DNA from: an uncultured Clostridiaceae bacterium
GTDB lineage: Bacteria > Bacillota > UBA994 > PWPR01
Direction of reading: 5' to 3'
Assembly: GCA_964546025.1 (NCBI GenBank)
Contig: CAZJHT010000010.1
Span: 175-64,174, forward strand
DNA: 64,000 nucleotides
Part shown: piece after piece, positions 62,286-64,000 of the stretch
Layout: each line of letters begins with the position of its first letter
How positions within the stretch are numbered: the stretch's first letter is position 1
Translations under genes and position numbers: made by a program
Notes under the pieces: model-generated
The model's database searches: none
Seen by the model: only the letters and a program-made list of their open reading frames with translations
What the model was told of the DNA's origin: nothing

Positions 62286-64000
62286 TCAACTAAGATTTGC
62301 TTTTGGTAACTTTATAGTAAATTTTGTTCCATTATTAACCTCTAAAATCATAGTCCCGCTTAGCTGATTAACCAAGCTATCTACTATTTGCATACCAAGT
62401 GACTTTATTTTCAGTTCATCCAAACTAATGTTAATCCCAATGCCATTATCCGCTATCTCTAAAATAAGACATTCTTCCTCTTCTTTAACCCTAATACTTA
62501 ACATACCTGTCTGTCTATCTATAAAGGCATGTTGAACAGCATTAGTTACTAGCTCATTTATCATCAACCCAACTGGTACAGCTTTATTAATGTTAATTCT
62601 AATATTGTCTATATCCATTATTAACTTAATATCTTTACCTATTGTATAGTAGTCAAAAAGTTGTTTATTTATTCCAATAACATATTCTTTAAAATTAAAA
62701 TCTCCCAAATCATCTCCTTTATATATTCTATCGTGTAACAGGGCCATTGCCTTTAGTCTATTAATGCTCCCTTGCAAAATTTTCTTAACTTTCTTGCTAT
62801 CTGTATGCAATGTTTGTAAATAAAGTAAGCTTGATACAATTTGTAGGTTATTTTTTACTCTATGATGGATTTCATTTACTAATATTTCTCTTTCATTAAT
62901 TTTTGCAATTAAAAGCTTTTCTTGCTGTTCCCTATTGAGTATATTTACTATCATTTGAGTAAACAAATGCAATAAGTCTAATTCTTCATCTGTATATATT
63001 TTTTCAGTCCTTACAGAATCAAACCCAGCAAATCCAACGCAAGTGTCACTTAACATCATTGGAACAGTTAATACACTTTTTATGTTTTGAGACTCAAGTA
63101 TAACTCTAACCTTGTCATCATTACTTAAGTTTGAGACATTTGTAATATGAATAGTTTCTCCTAATAAGTGGCGATTAACCCAACTTGCTATAGACTCAAG
63201 TGGAACATCTTGAAGTACTTCTATCTGTGGTTCAATATTATCATTGCACCACTCGTAAAGGTTTGATGTCGTTCCTTTTTCAAAATTGTAGTCAAATATA
63301 TACACTCTATCTGTATCTATGAATTTACCCATCATTTCTAACGCTTTGTTTATCGTATTAGTTACTTTATCTAAAGGAACATTTATAAACTCTGTTGCAA
63401 GTTTCATCAAAATATCTTGAAAACTACTATAATACTGAACTTGTTCTTTAGCTTTTGTAAGCTCTGTCACATCGATTAATTCGGACAATAGATAGTTTGC
63501 TGTGTTACTCTCAATAAGCTCTATATAATGAAGTAGATTAATATTCTTAATGCCATCAAAATAAGTCTCTTCATGAGTTGTTTTTATTGATGTTAAGTAA
63601 GATTTTAATGAACTAGATTTAACTAGACTTTGTAGCCCTATATCCTTGAAAGTCTTTCCTATAACTTCTTCTTTAGTAAACCCAAATGTCTTAAGAAATG
63701 TTTCATTTACTTCTAGTATCTTCTCATCTTGATAATCATGTAGTGTAAGATAGTTTGGATTACTATAGAATAGTTTATTAAATCTAATTAGTAGTTCTTG
63801 TTCTGTGCTTAAATCTTTAGCAAAAACAAATATTACATCCCCATCATTCCACTTACTTAACCATGCTTTTGCATGAGTAGGAATTCCTTTTTTATCCTTT
63901 GTCTGAAATGTGAGGTGACTATCCACCCTCTCACCATTTAGAATTTCTACTAAATCTTCTTCTAACTCATTAACATTTTTATCTAGAACAATTCCGCTAA
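62286..64000 (-). CDS. Sensor histidine kinase (PAS - GAF - HisKA_2 - HATPase_c), N-terminus beyond the right window edge
   Basis: H-box EIHHRVKNNLQIVSSLL (HisKA_2 type) and N/G boxes (NELVTNAVQHAF, DNGIG). I checked that the frame stays open from the track's GTG at 63926 to position 64000 (...SGIVLDKNVNELEEDLVEILNGER-VDSH), so the gene is 5'-truncated by the window. Its stop is TGA. Confidence 0.85.
   Translation of the reverse strand, partial: SGIVLDKNVNELEEDLVEILNGERVDSHLTFQTKDKKGIPTHAKAWLSKWNDGDVIFVFAKDLSTEQELLIRFNKLFYSNPNYLTLHDYQDEKILEVNETFLKTFGFTKEEVIGKTFKDIGLQSLVKSSSLKSYLTSIKTTHEETYFDGIKNINLLHYIELIESNTANYLLSELIDVTELTKAKEQVQYYSSFQDILMKLATEFINVPLDKVTNTINKALEMMGKFIDTDRVYIFDYNFEKGTTSNLYEWCNDNIEPQIEVLQDVPLESIASWVNRHLLGETIHITNVSNLSNDDKVRVILESQNIKSVLTVPMMLSDTCVGFAGFDSVRTEKIYTDEELDLLHLFTQMIVNILNREQQEKLLIAKINEREILVNEIHHRVKNNLQIVSSLLYLQTLHTDSKKVKKILQGSINRLKAMALLHDRIYKGDDLGDFNFKEYVIGINKQLFDYYTIGKDIKLIMDIDNIRININKAVPVGLMINELVTNAVQHAFIDRQTGMLSIRVKEEEECLILEIADNGIGINISLDELKIKSLGMQIVDSLVNQLSGTMILEVNNGTKFTIKLPKANLS

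Noticed and set aside
1-64000. Mobile elements, prophage genes, CRISPR arrays, tRNA/rRNA genes and long direct repeats.
   Set aside because: I saw no transposase, integrase or phage-like ORFs, no regularly spaced repeats and no GC-rich structured segments apart from the riboswitch-like leader. The paralogous hydrolase and ABC genes are diverged rather than recent duplications.

Overview
Visibly AT-rich chromosomal segment that looks like a low-GC anaerobic Firmicute (Clostridia-like). No organism can be named from this window. Genes are densely packed, almost all on the minus strand, with frequent TTG/GTG starts and 1-4 nt stop/start overlaps. No rRNA, tRNA, CRISPR array, transposase or prophage gene was recognised.

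Content from left to right:
- polA-mutM-coaE housekeeping operon.
- ECF sigma / zinc-finger anti-sigma / SIMPL module.
- MocR-type regulator divergent from an ECF-transporter S component and yhbY.
- MarR plus a heterodimeric ABC exporter.
- Metal-resistance block: lipoprotein adaptor + RND pump, then ArsR-type repressor, Cd/Zn-type P1B-ATPase and Cu-type P1B-ATPase.
- Long run of amidohydrolase and M20 peptidase genes with membrane proteins, a GNAT and an MFS.
- pepT, a glutaredoxin-like protein, an HD protein, an OYE flavoprotein, D-aminoacylase, DegV and an S9 peptidase.
- MacB-type ABC exporter with an HlyD adaptor.
- Short capsule-regulatory module (CapD, BY-kinase, Wzz, CpsB) behind a large SLH-domain wall protein.
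- NERD protein, OsmC, a PAS/degenerate-GGDEF/EAL protein, glucokinase-pgi, and a LytTR response regulator with a PAS-GAF HisKA_2 kinase that runs off the right edge.

Most notable observations:
1. Both adjacent P1B-type metal ATPases are complete in-frame reading frames interrupted by exactly one TGA. In both genes that TGA replaces the first Cys of the CxxC metal-binding motif of an HMA domain (GMT-TGA-ASC and GVD-TGA-PEC). A small hairpin with an AGUU loop lies 20-25 nt downstream of each. TGA is an ordinary stop elsewhere in the window. This is the signature of selenocysteine (UxxC) metal-binding domains.
2. A ykkC/guanidine-I-class riboswitch-like leader, with promoter, aptamer blocks and an overlapping terminator, sits upstream of an MFS-GNAT pair and possibly of downstream hydrolases.
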